This document shows positions 1-10,326 of a stretch of 37,048 bases of DNA, one piece after another. How positions within the stretch are numbered: the first letter of the stretch is position 1; each line of letters starts with the position of its first letter. This DNA comes from Octopus sinensis (taxonomy: Eukaryota): positions 1 through 37,048 of the forward strand of contig NW_021836838.1 in the NCBI RefSeq assembly GCF_006345805.1. Direction: 5' to 3'. Made by a program: the position numbers and the translations under genes. The notes beneath the pieces were generated by a model. That model did not search any database and had not been told where the DNA came from. It saw nothing but the letters and a program-made list of their open reading frames with translations.

Positions 1-37
1 TGGGAATTTTACCGGTTAGTGTGTTATATTATAACAT

Positions 38-1814
38 CCGAAAGGATGAAAGGCAAAGTCGACCTCGGCGGAATTTGAACTCAGAACGTAACGGCAGACG
101 AAATACCTATTTCTTTACTACCCATAAGGGGATAAACCCAGACGGGACAAACAAGGACAGACAAACGGATTAAGTCGACTATATCGACCCCAGTGCGTAA
201 CTGGTACTTATTTAATGGACCCCGAAAGGATGAAAGCCAAAGTCGACCTCGGCGGAATTTGAACTCAGAACGTAACGGCAGACGAAATACCTATTTCTTT
301 ACTACCCATAAGGGGATAAACACCGACGGGACAAACAAGGACAGACAAACGGATTAAGTCGTCTATATCGACCCCAGTACGTAAATGGTACTTATTTAAT
401 GGACCCCGAAAGGATGAAAGGCAAAGTCAACCTCGGCGGAATTTGAACTCAGAACGTAACGGCAGACGAAATACCTATTTCTTTACTACCCTTAAGGGGA
501 TAAACCCAGACGGGACAAACAAGGACAGACAAACGGATTAAGTCGACTATATCGACCCCAGTGCGTAACTGGTACTTATTTAATGGACCCCGAAAGGATG
601 AAAGGCATAGTCGACCTCGGCGGAATTTGAACTCAGACGTAACGCGGCAGACGAAATACCTATTTCTTTACTACCCACAAGGGGCTAAACACAGAGAGGA
701 CAAACAAGGACAGACAAACGGATTAAGTCGTCTATTTCGACCCCAGTGCGTAACTGGTACTTATTTAATGGACCCCGAAAGAATGAAAGGCTAAGTCGAC
801 CTCGGCGGAATTTGAACTCAGAACGTAACGGCAGATGAAATACCTATTTCTTTACTACCCACAAGGGGCTAAACACAGAGAGGACAAACAAGGACAGACA
901 AACGGATTAAGTCGTCTATTTCGACCCCAGTGCGTAACTGGTACTTATTTATGGACCCCGAAGAATGAAAGGCTAAGTCGACCTCGGCGGAATTTGAACT
1001 CAGAACGTAACGGCAGATGAATACCTATTTCTTTACTACCCACAAGGGGCTAAACACAGAGAGGACAAACAAGGACAGACAAACGGATTAAGTCGACTAT
1101 ATCGACCCCAGTGCGTAACTGGTACTTATTTAATGGACCCCGAAGGATGAAAGGCAAAGTTGACCTCGGCGGAATTTGAACTCAGAACGTAACGGCAGAC
1201 GAAATACCTATTTCTTTACTACCCCTAAGGGGATAAACACAGACGGGACAAACAAGGACAGACAAACGATTAAGTCGACTATATCGACCCCAGTGCGTAA
1301 CTGGTACTTATTTAATGGACCCCGAAAGGATGAAAGGCAAAGTCGACCTCGTCGGCGGAATTTGAACTCAGAACGTAACGGCAGCAGAGACGAATATACC
1401 TATTTCTTTACTACACCACAGGGGCTAAACACAGAGAGGACAAACAACAAGGCAGACACGGATTAAGTCGTCTGTATCGACCCCAGTGCGTAACTGGTAC
1501 TTATTTAATGGACCCCGAAAGGATGAAAGGCAAAGTCGACCTCGGCGGAATTTGAACTCAGAACCTAACGGCAGACGAAATACCTATTTCTTTACTACCC
1601 ACAAGGGGCTAAACACAGAGAGGACAAACAAGGACAGACAAACGGATTAAGTCGTCTGTATCGACCCCAGTGCGTAACTGGTACTTATTTAATGGACCCC
1701 GAAAGAATGAAAGGCTAAGTCGACCTCGGCGGAATTTGAACCCAGAACGTAAGGGCAGACGAAATACTGCTAAGCATTTCGCCCGGCGTGCAAACGTTTC
1801 TGCCAGCTCACGCC
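38..1814 (-). repeat. Tandem array (about 10 units, period 182-193 bp, mostly 184) derived from a tRNA-related SINE (family A here): one complete head followed by head-less body repeats
   Basis: The anchor CCGAA(A)G recurs at 38, 222, 406, 590, 775, 958, 1140, 1322, 1515 and 1699. On the minus strand the array starts at 1814 with GGCGTGAGCTGGCAGAAACG (A-box-like). Each unit carries a B-box-like GAGTTCAAATTCC. The same family is dispersed elsewhere in the window (e.g. 23859-24050). Confidence 0.9.
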
Positions 1815-1829
1815 TTAATAAAAGCGAAA

Positions 1830-2010
1830 TTCCCTTGTGCCTGTGACCCCTGACCCTCAGTCTACCTAGACATATTCTACCCTTTTGGAATCAGGATGAT
1901 CCCAGGATTGAAACTCTGCTCTTCATTTGGGTGTTGAAGACACAGCATTGGGATCTGGCTTAAAACCATTTTGGCTGCTATTTCTAGCAGGTAAAGCCAC
2001 AGTGGGAAGT
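1830..2010 (+). repeat. Unclassified ~200-bp dispersed repeat (family E here), degenerate copy
   Basis: Shares TTTGGCTGCTATTTCTAGCAGGT-like motifs with copies at 27050-27450 (+) and 34945-35150 (-); a related copy lies at 9530-9630 (-). Confidence 0.5.
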
Positions 2011-2239
2011 ACAAGAGTTATGTCCCTTAGTTTAAAGTGTTACCAAGGAATTTTGTAGTTTTTTCACTTTTCTCAGTTATTAGACTGCGGCCACGCTGGG
2101 GCAACGCATTGAAGAATTTTAATCTAAGAAACTGACACCAGTTATTTCTCATTTTTGTCTGGTAGATTTTATTGGCCTTTTATAGCGAACCGCTAAGTCA
2201 CATGGAGATAAACGTAAACGACAGACACACACACAAAGC

Positions 2240-2589
2240 CACAATACACGCACGCACACAGACACACACACATACATACATACATACATACATACATACA
2301 TACATACGTATATACATACGTACATACATACATACATACATACATACATACACACATAATACGTACATACTTACGTACATACATACATACATACATACAC
2401 ATACATACATACGTACATATGTACATGCATACGTATATACAGATGTACAGACGTACATACACGCATACATAATACATACACACATACTTACGTACATACG
2501 TACATACACACACATACGTACATACATACATACATAATACATACATACGTACATACGTACATACATACCACATACATACACACAGAAAT

Positions 2590-2624
<35 letters not shown>

Positions 2625-2625
2625 A
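2240..2625. repeat. Compound microsatellite (CA)n/(CATA)n/(TA)n
   Basis: Directly visible; it explains the spurious YIHT/MYVC ORFs. Confidence 0.97.
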
Positions 2626-2695
2626 CACCCCCACCACCCTGCCCTGTCCCTAGCCACATTCAGATGGCTGATCCCCCTTATGTGGTATATATATA

Positions 2696-3462
2696 TCATC
2701 ATCGTTTAACGTCAGTTTTCCATGCTAGCATGGGTTGGACGGTTCGACCGTGGTCTGAGAAGCCAGGAGGCTGCACCAGGCTCCAATCTGATCTTGCAGT
2801 GTCTCTACAGCTGGATGCTCTTCCTAACGCCAACCACTCTGTGAGTTTAGAGGGCGCTTCTTACGTGCCACCAGCACAGGTACCCCAAGAGGCTGGCAAC
2901 GGTCACGATCGGTTGGTGCTTTTTATGTGCCTCCAGCACGGAAGCCAGTCAGGACGGCGGTGGCATCAGCCTCGTTGAGATGGTGTTTTGTATGTGCCAC
3001 TGGCACGGGTATCACAACTACAATTTCCATTTGACTTTTATTTCGATGTTGATGTACTTGACTCAGTAGGTCTCCTCAAGCACAGCAGGTCACCCTACGA
3101 TCCAAGGTAAGCACAGTAGGCCGTCCTGCGATCCAAGGTATTTTCGATGGGTTGGGGCTGTTATGTGAAGCTGGTGCAGGAAACAGCCTCACGTTATTTG
3201 CCGGGTCTTCGCAGTCACAGCATATCTCCAGAGGTCTCGGTCTTTCGTCATTGCCTCTGTGAGGCCCAACGCTCGAAGATCAAGCTTGATCACCTTATTC
3301 CATGTCTTCCTGGGTCTACCTCTACCCCGGATTCCTTCAACTGTTTGGGAGTGGCACTTCTTCGCAAATCTCTCCTCATCCATCCGGAGTACATGACTAT
3401 ACCAGCGCAAACTTCTTTCTTGCATGCCACATCCGATGCTTGTTATGTCCAGCATTTCTCTC
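2696..3462 (-). mobile_element. RTE-clade LINE 3' fragment (ORF C-terminus, 3' UTR and (GAT)n tail)
   Basis: ORF 3189-3464(-) LRWYSHVLRMDEER..RGRGRPRKTW..DRDLWR matches the RTE C-terminal pattern. The tail on the minus strand is AAAACTGACGTTAAACGATGATGA. Confidence 0.8.
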
Positions 3463-3504
3463 ATATATATATATTATTTTATATATATTATATATATTCA
3501 ATTC

Positions 3505-3854
3505 GAATCGAAATCGAATTGAACCAGCCAGGACCCCTGGTCTGGTGGTACGTAAAAAGCACTATCCGACTCGTGGCCGATGCCAGCGCCGCCTCGACTG
3601 GCTTCCGTGCCGGTGGCACGTAAAATGCACCAATCCGACCGTGGCCGTTGCCAGCCTCGCCTGGCACCTGTGCAGGTGGCACGTAAAAAGCACCCACTAC
3701 ACTCTCGGAGTGGTTGGCGTTAGGAAGGGCATCCAACTGTAGAAACATTGCCAGATAAGACTGGAGCCTGGTGCAGCCTTCTGGCTTACCAGATCCCAGT
3801 TGAACCGTCCAACCCATGCTAGCATGGAGAACGGACATTAAACAATGATGATGA
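3505..3854 (+). mobile_element. 3' UTR fragment of the same RTE family, opposite orientation
   Basis: GGCGTTAGGAAGGGCATCCAACTGTAG...CCAACCCATGCTAGCATGGAGAACGGACATTAAACAATGATGATG is the reverse-complement homologue of 2696-2900. Confidence 0.8.
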
Positions 3855-4153
3855 TTTTATTTTTATTTTATCTAGTTTCATCTCACGAGCTGTGACCATG
3901 CTGGGGCACCACCATTCTGCTGGGGCACCGCCATTATATATATAGATAGATAGATAGATAGATAGATTTATCTCTCTGTCTAAATGGAATAAGTATAAAA
4001 ATGAATATTGTCAATTTAATTAAAAAGGTCCATATGTGGCTGAAGAGTGCTTTACATTTTAAATCTGATGTAATACTTACATTGTTTAATTAAATGAAGT
4101 AGCATGAAACGATTGTACTACACTACCTTTGGATATCCTTGTTGCTTGTATTG

Positions 4154-4154
<1 letters not shown>

Positions 4155-4217
<63 letters not shown>

Positions 4218-4235
4218 ATATATATAAATATATAT
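4155..4235. repeat. (TA)n microsatellite
   Basis: Directly visible. Confidence 0.97.
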
Positions 4236-4688
4236 GGTGACTCCGGCACTCGGGCCATTCGAGCTTAGCCCGAATATAAATGTAATAAGGTGGACGTGTA
4301 TTTATAAGCTGATTTCTGCCAACACTGACTTCAAGTATGTAATTGCAGCCAATAACTTGGGCTCCTTTTATTGAGCCTGGTCGCTTGTTGTTTATTTTCG
4401 TTCACCGTCTGTGTCAGAAATATCATTCGTAGTAGACGTTCTCTCGACATCGTTCACACGCGCCTGAATCGGGCTCAGAAGTTACAGCCCGAGTTGTTAT
4501 CAATAATCGTCAAAATTAAAATTAATTCAAATACAATATTTTCTTGAAACTATAATTTTTCGAGAGATTAATATTTAAATTCAAATCCATGAAAAGTTTC
4601 CGTTCTGTAATATTCTTAAAGGAACGTTATATGAAATTGTCACCCATAGTTATGACCCTAGTATCGATCTATTGCATTTCGATCTGTT

Positions 4689-4717
4689 TTAGGGTCAGTT
4701 AGGGTTAGGGTTAGGGG
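4689..4717 (+). repeat. Short interstitial telomere-like repeat (TTAGGG x4, interrupted)
   Basis: TTAGGGTCAGTTAGGGTTAGGGTTAGGGG. Confidence 0.7.
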
Positions 4718-5396
4718 TGAGGCGAGGGTATATTTATTTCTTCAGACATGTAAATAAACCCAATCTCTTTCTTAAACGAGGGACATATGCATACGGCACA
4801 GAATGTTTTTTTTTACCTCAATAGACATCATTGATAGGTTGAAATTGCAGAAATTGTAGAAAAAAACAACAAATATCTTACATACTACAGAATTTTCTGA
4901 ATAAAGCTAAGAGAAAAAGATGTTTTATAAACACATTCTACCAGTATACGAAGTTTAAAAGTGTTTAGTTACGTGGAAATCATTTTAAAAAACTGCCGTT
5001 CAAACAGAAAAGATCCGGAACGAAAATTTATCCAGCAACTCGGGCTAATAGGAACGAGCCTGGTAGGTGTAAAAGACAAACTGGCATCTCTTGTCAAGAT
5101 TACAAGCGACAGTCAGATCGCTGATGTTTTCTTGCGCACTCCGCTGTCGTAATTTCATTGCTCTTACTCTGTGCATCTGTGCGCAAAGATCAGTCGTGTT
5201 TTGCAGGGTTGCTTTATTTTAATCTTTAACTTAGAAGCGGAGAAAGACATCGTGTTAGATGTAAAGAAAATAAGCCATTTGGGGCTAGAAATAAAGCGCG
5301 AAAACGTGAAATTCTTCGATTAAAAATGTGTCTTATACGAAGACTGTGATGAGCCCGTGTGACGCTGATGACCTGGAATCGCCCCCTGAGATATAT

Positions 5397-5451
<55 letters not shown>

Positions 5452-5492
5452 TCATGAACGTATGCGCGTATATATATATATATATATATGTG

Positions 5493-5760
5493 TGGTTCCA
5501 TAAAGACACACTCGATGGTTTTGATGTCACGATGGGAAGATCTGCTTCAGCACAAGTAGCTGATTTGGTCTGAATATATATACTTTCTGAAATGGCAGAC
5601 CAGTTCCCAAACATCAATAGAGGTCGATATCTTGATGATTGTTTACTTTAGCTCCAAAATGTTTCTGACCAAAAAGTACAAAAGGTTAAGAATAGTTTAG
5701 TTAAGTTGTTTTTTTTGCCGTATAATGGGCTTAGGCATTGTCTTTAGGATGATGTAACGA
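5493..5760 (+). pseudogene. Penelope-like element (PLE) reverse transcriptase remnant
   Basis: Reading through stops gives WFHKDTLDGFDVTMGRSASAQVADLV*IYILSEMADQFPNINRGRYLDDCLL*LQNVSDQKVQKVKNSLVKLF. This resembles the FDVTMG..AQV.DLVG..L / G.Y.DD.L motifs of PLE RTs. It starts right after a (TG)n(TA)n tract. Confidence 0.7.
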
Positions 5761-6209
5761 AAGCCATCTTTAAATGAAAAACAGTGGAAAAAACGATGAC
5801 TTTTTCAGTTGTTTTAAATCTTCAGTTTCTGGAAGAAATCTCTTTGAAAGTTATTTTGGACTCGAAGGTAAGTGAATTAATTTTTGATTTTTTCGTATGA
5901 CTAGTGATTTTTCGATATATATCATGAACAGTTAGTTCATATGTACGTAGCAGTCAGGTCACTTTCGAGTGCTATTGGTAACATGTAACCCAATACAAGC
6001 TTGCTTGGTGAGGAGGGTGTTTATTGGACACCCTGCGGGATGAAAAACAAAACCCGTCAAAGGGCGGAGGACCTCTTGAGAGTCAACGGCCATCCAATAA
6101 ACGTTAGCACGGGTACGCAGAAATTCCGGGATGGTGTCCGGCGTGCTGAAAGACCACTGGGAGTGAGGCGCCCCTCACCTTTTGTTAAAGCAAGTCTCTT
6201 TACCGCCAG

Positions 6210-6393
6210 TTGACAACCAGTGTTGTGTGTTTACATTCCCCCATAACTTTGAGGTTTGGTGCAAAGGAGACCAATAGAATAAGTACCAGACCTTAAAAAC
6301 AATTGTTCGACTAAAACCCTTCTTATCTCTCTCTTCCATATTCCATATGCCCCAGCATAGCTGCAGTCAAATGACTAAAGTAAAAGATAAAAG
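6210..6393 (+). mobile_element. SINE family B, 3' fragment
   Basis: TTGACAACC..GATAGAATAAGTAC-like and GCAGTCAAATGACT motifs match the 3' half of 16204-16620. Confidence 0.65.
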
Positions 6394-6426
6394 GTATATA
6401 TATAGGAATTGAAACCCATTCCTGGC

Positions 6427-6517
6427 GACCACGGTGGAATTTGAACACAGAACGTAGCGGCAGATGAAATAGCACAAAGCATTTCGCCCGGCGTGCTAAC
6501 GTTTCTGCCAACACGCC
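6427..6517 (-). mobile_element. SINE family A, head only
   Basis: Reverse complement GGCGTGTTGGCAGAAACGTTAGCACGCCGGGCGAAATGC..GTTCAAATTCC matches the head at 1740-1814. Confidence 0.75.
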
Positions 6518-6520
6518 ACC

Positions 6521-6675
6521 TTCTTTCAGTTTCTGTCTACCAAATCCACTCCCATGGCTGTGCTTGGTCTGGGGATGTAGTAGAAGACACTTGCCCAAGG
6601 TGCCACACAGTGGGACTGAACCCAGGATCATATGAGTGGGAAGCCAACTTCCCAACCACAAAGCCACACCTGCAC
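6521..6675 (-). mobile_element. SINE family B, 5' fragment
   Basis: Reverse complement contains GGTTCAGTCCCACTGTGTGGCACCTTGGGCAAGTGTCTTCT, as in 21802-22210. Confidence 0.7.
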
Positions 6676-8204
6676 TCATGGCTTCTAATAATTAATTAGC
6701 ATTAAGAGATGCAAATTAATAAACTTTGGCCCAAACCATGACTAAAAGTTAACAAAATTCATTCAGTCTCCTTTCATCGCATCAACCATCGAATGAGAAA
6801 CCATTTCGAAAGAAAGAAAAAAGCTTTTCAACTTTTATTGTTCTTTACTGTTTTTTTTTATTTGTTTGTCTTTTTAATGAACTTATCTTTTGGTATCTGA
6901 GGGGTTTTGGTCAAACTTCCGCCTCTGCCATCACCAATACCACCAGTGAAAAGTACAGAAGTACAAGTCTGAATAAAATCAAATAAAACTCTGAGATCAG
7001 TGCTCCAGTGTGGCCACAGTCTGATTGGAACCAGTTAAAGAATAAAAGGAAATGTCAGAAGTGAGTGATGTAGTCTTGACATGATCAGGTTCGGTGTGAG
7101 CATTCCGTTGTTAGAACCATGACTAATTAATTCAGAGTTCTGTATTAGTTTAGATAACTCCATGGTGTTGAAGGTGACGTGGCGGAGGAGGACGTGTTTC
7201 TGAGCTCTGTTGAGTCATTGAGGGCTTTTATGGGTTACAAGCCAAGTGAGACCATAACCTCATGGCCTATGCCAGCGGGTGTAACCAGCCTACTTATGCG
7301 TACCTTTCCTTCATTGGACACTAAACTCTGCTTGCAAAGACCTGTTGAGGCTCACTGTCCAAGGCTACGACCCCCCAATGAGCGCTATGGGGGCCAGGGC
7401 TCAGCTCGGCTCGGCTATATGCAAATATAGGTGTGTGTGTATGTGTGTATATATATGTATATACAAATATATGTGTATATGTGTATGTTAATACGGTTTG
7501 GATTTCTATTAACAACGACCACCTGCATGATTAGCAATAAAATAATTCGTTTTTTTTGGTGGCTGGGTGTCAGAAAATTTGAACTAGTCTGCTGGGTTTA
7601 ACTTTTAGATTAGTCATGCGTTGCTAAAGAGGAGGGTAATTTAGATAAATTTTATAAAGGCAGTACAGTAGGCATAGGGCCCACATGAATTTGTTTTCGA
7701 ATGAAAAATACTTTAATTCTACTACTCTTGCCTCTTATATACATGGTTTAAAGAGTAATGAGAAAAGATATTTTTTGGAATGGTCTGTTATTTTGAGGGA
7801 CCCTTACTTCAGAGTAAATATAAATAAGTATAAGCTATGTGTTAAGGAATCCCTTCCATCCTTAAGTATTTTGGGCCCAAAACTTTAAATTTGCTGAGGT
7901 GATCCCTTTCTGCAACCATAGGTTTTCATCTACTCTTTGAAAGGGTATAGAAATAAAAATGGTTGTAATAAAATTGTATAAGCTTAAGGGAATTTGAAAC
8001 CGGCGCGTTTGAATTTCTATTAACGACAACCAATTGCATGTTTAAGTAATGAAATAATGTTGTTTTTCTTTTGTGGGTCTTAGAAAATTTGAATAGCATT
8101 GTCGATGCGAGTTGTGCATTGTTGTACTTTGGATACTGTTATATTTTTGAGATTTGTTAATTGTTGTTAATGTTGTTTCTTTTTCTTCCCCATTTTTGGG
8201 TGAA

Positions 8205-9130
8205 ATGGAGGAACAACAAATAGGCAGTTACACCGCAGTGGCGGGCAAAAGCCTGCCAGCTGACATTCTGCGATTGAAAGAATTGGTGTTGGAGCAGAAG
8301 GATTTCGGAAAGTACAAGGATTATTTAAAAAAGAGGGAGACTGCCTTAGGCTGATACCCCCGGGAGAAGCGATGAAAAGAGCAGAGAGGAAAATAATAAT
8401 ATACAGAATGCTGGATGTAGAAACAAAAAGAGTGGAAGTAGCAGATGAATGCCTGAGCGAAGTGAAGGGAGTAACGACGTTTTATACTCGTGGAAGGAAG
8501 TACGGCACGGTGGAGGTTCACTTCGTGAATGAGGAGGAAACGAAAAAGTACTCCACGATGCTGTTGAGATCAGCCAGGTGGGCACTTTTGCCAACCTAAT
8601 GTGGTAAAAGAGTGGCAAGAGTACAGATAGGGAGAGTGCCACCCAAAATAGAGGAGGAATGGCTGTTGGAAGCTATCCTGTACAACTGTGAGGAGGAGAC
8701 CAAGATTATCAAGGTGGCAAAATTGGCTGAGATAAACTGATGGGGATTTAGACTGGAAATCTTGGTCCATATAACCCTGCCTGACTTGCACAAGATAGCA
8801 GAGGAGTTGCTGCTCCCTGATGACACCCGGTTGAGAATTGTGGTGGAGGGGAAGCCTCCAATATGTTATAATTGCGGTACAAGAGGATACATGAAGGCAA
8901 GGTGTCCCCAGAGACGAGGAAAGAACGGAGAACGAAGCAGTGGTGGAGGAAGTAATAGTGGTGGAGGAAAAGGAGGAGGAAATAGGGGGCAGAAAAAGAA
9001 CAGGTGCGGAGTCACCGCCAAAAACTGAAAAAGAAGAGAAAAGCGGTAAAAGTACAAGAGAAAAAATTAGTAGAGAAAAGAGACGAGTGAAAATCGAACC
9101 CCAGAGCCAACAACAAGAAGGAGAGAAGAA
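8205..9130 (+). pseudogene. Degenerate gag-like ORF1 (zinc knuckle) of a probable L1/Tx1-type non-LTR retrotransposon
   Basis: A continuous reading across stops: MEEQQIGSYTAVAG...GTVEVHFVNEEE...RVARVQIGRVPPKIEEEWLLEAI...LRIVVEGKPPICYNCGTRGYMKARCP. The Cx2Cx4(H>Y)x4C knuckle is at 8864-8905 and is followed by a K/E/R-rich tail. Confidence 0.7.
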
Positions 9131-9654
9131 ATAGACAAAGAGGAGAAATATGAGGAGTGGAAAGGGGAAGTAAGGAGGAGAATGGAATATGTGAGGCAAA
9201 GAAAGCAGCCGACTGAATGATGATAATTTACGATAAGATTGTGTGAATTGAGGAAAAGATTGCAAAGGTGAAGAATTTAATAAGAGTAAGACTGGATGAA
9301 GAGGTGTTTGGTAGCGAGGAAAGAGCAGTACTGTTGGAGAGAGAGAGAGTCGAGAAATTGACGGAATTGTTTGGAACAAGAATAAGGAAAACTGGACTGT
9401 ACATTTCAAAGAAAGCAACGAGAATGAAATTCTTTGAAAAACCAAAAAAAAAAAAGAAGAAAATTTTTTTTCAAGAATATTGTTTACTTTAATATTTGTG
9501 TCTTTGTGAAATAGATTTTGGCTGGATTATGTTCTTATAGGAAAAAGACAGGATGGTCACAGCTAGAATACTTTTGATCTCAGGCCTGCACAGTCAGGGT
9601 TGACCAAGGGCTAAGCAATAAATTTGTTCACAAGGGATGTATGTATGTTTATCC

Positions 9655-9810
9655 CTCCAACACCGATTGACAACCGGTGCTATTGTGTTCATGTCCCCGT
9701 AACTTAGCGTTTCGTCAAAAAGAGAAAGATAGATTAAATACTAGGCCCACAAAGAATAAGTCCTGGTTTCGATTTTCTCGAATACAGGCGCTGCTGCCGC
9801 ATGGAATATA

Positions 9811-9864
<54 letters not shown>

Positions 9865-9975
9865 ATGTGTGTGTGTGTGTGTGGCCGATAGTTTAAATAC
9901 TAGGCCTACAAAGTATAAGTCCTGGTGTCGATTTACACGAATAAAGGCATTGCTCCACCATGGCCGCAGTCAAAT
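9655..9975 (+). mobile_element. SINE family B 3' part, with its terminal module duplicated across a (TA)n(TG)n tract
   Basis: AAATACTAGGCC(C/T)ACAAAG(A/T)ATAAGTCCTGGT occurs at about 9737 and about 9896, either side of the microsatellite at 9805-9882. Confidence 0.7.
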
Positions 9976-10140
9976 AATTGAAGGTGCGTTTGTTTTTCGC
10001 ATGCAAAGGGCACGCTTGCATTCCTGCAGGAAGAGACAAACATACACGTGCAAATTTTCTGCTGTTCACTTTAACAAATAAACATTATAATTTACATTTA
10101 ATTACACCCGAAAACTATGTAAAGTACTCACCCTAACCAG
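9976..10140 (+). repeat. Unclassified dispersed repeat, second copy at 31496-31660
   Basis: Shared GTTTTTCGC..CAA..CTGCTG..CTTTAACAA.TAAACAT..TTATAATTTACATTTAATTACAC..AACTAT.TAAAGTA. Confidence 0.65.
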
Positions 10141-10326
10141 TACTACCCTTTGGACATGATCGGGTTTTCTTTTGTTTTAGATAGTATATATGCGTATGTG
10201 GGTATATACACGTGTATATGTATGAATGCATGCATTTATGTATATAAATATATATATAAATAAATATATATATGTTTATATGTATGAAACAAATATGTAT
10301 ATAACTATATATATATATATATATAT

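Noticed and set aside
561-1466. ORFs within the tandem array
   Set aside because: They are translations of SINE sequence, broken by unit-to-unit indels.
38-1814. CRISPR-like array, or ribozyme-bearing retrozyme repeat
   Set aside because: The units are full-length repeats with no unique spacers and there are no cas genes. I found no CUGANGA..GAAA core on either strand of the unit.
2149-2702. Long YIHT/MYVC ORFs (also 12585-12954, 16745-17632, 24031-24588, 27745-28347, 31675-32013)
   Set aside because: They are open frames of stop-free microsatellites.
5208-5323. Possible exon after TTTTGCAG (GCFILIFNLEAEKDIVLDVKKISHLGLEIKRENVKFFD*)
   Set aside because: No recognisable domain, donor site or partner exon.
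5346-5389. Box C/D snoRNA-like (GTGATGA..CTGA) or hammerhead-like CTGATGA
   Set aside because: Only about 44 nt long with no terminal stem, which is too short for a snoRNA. No GAAA follows a stem II, so it is not a hammerhead.
6001-6200. GC-richer segment, possibly a LINE 5' UTR with a structured RNA
   Set aside because: I could not fit an HDV-like or hammerhead fold or link it to an ORF; it needs a repeat-library search.
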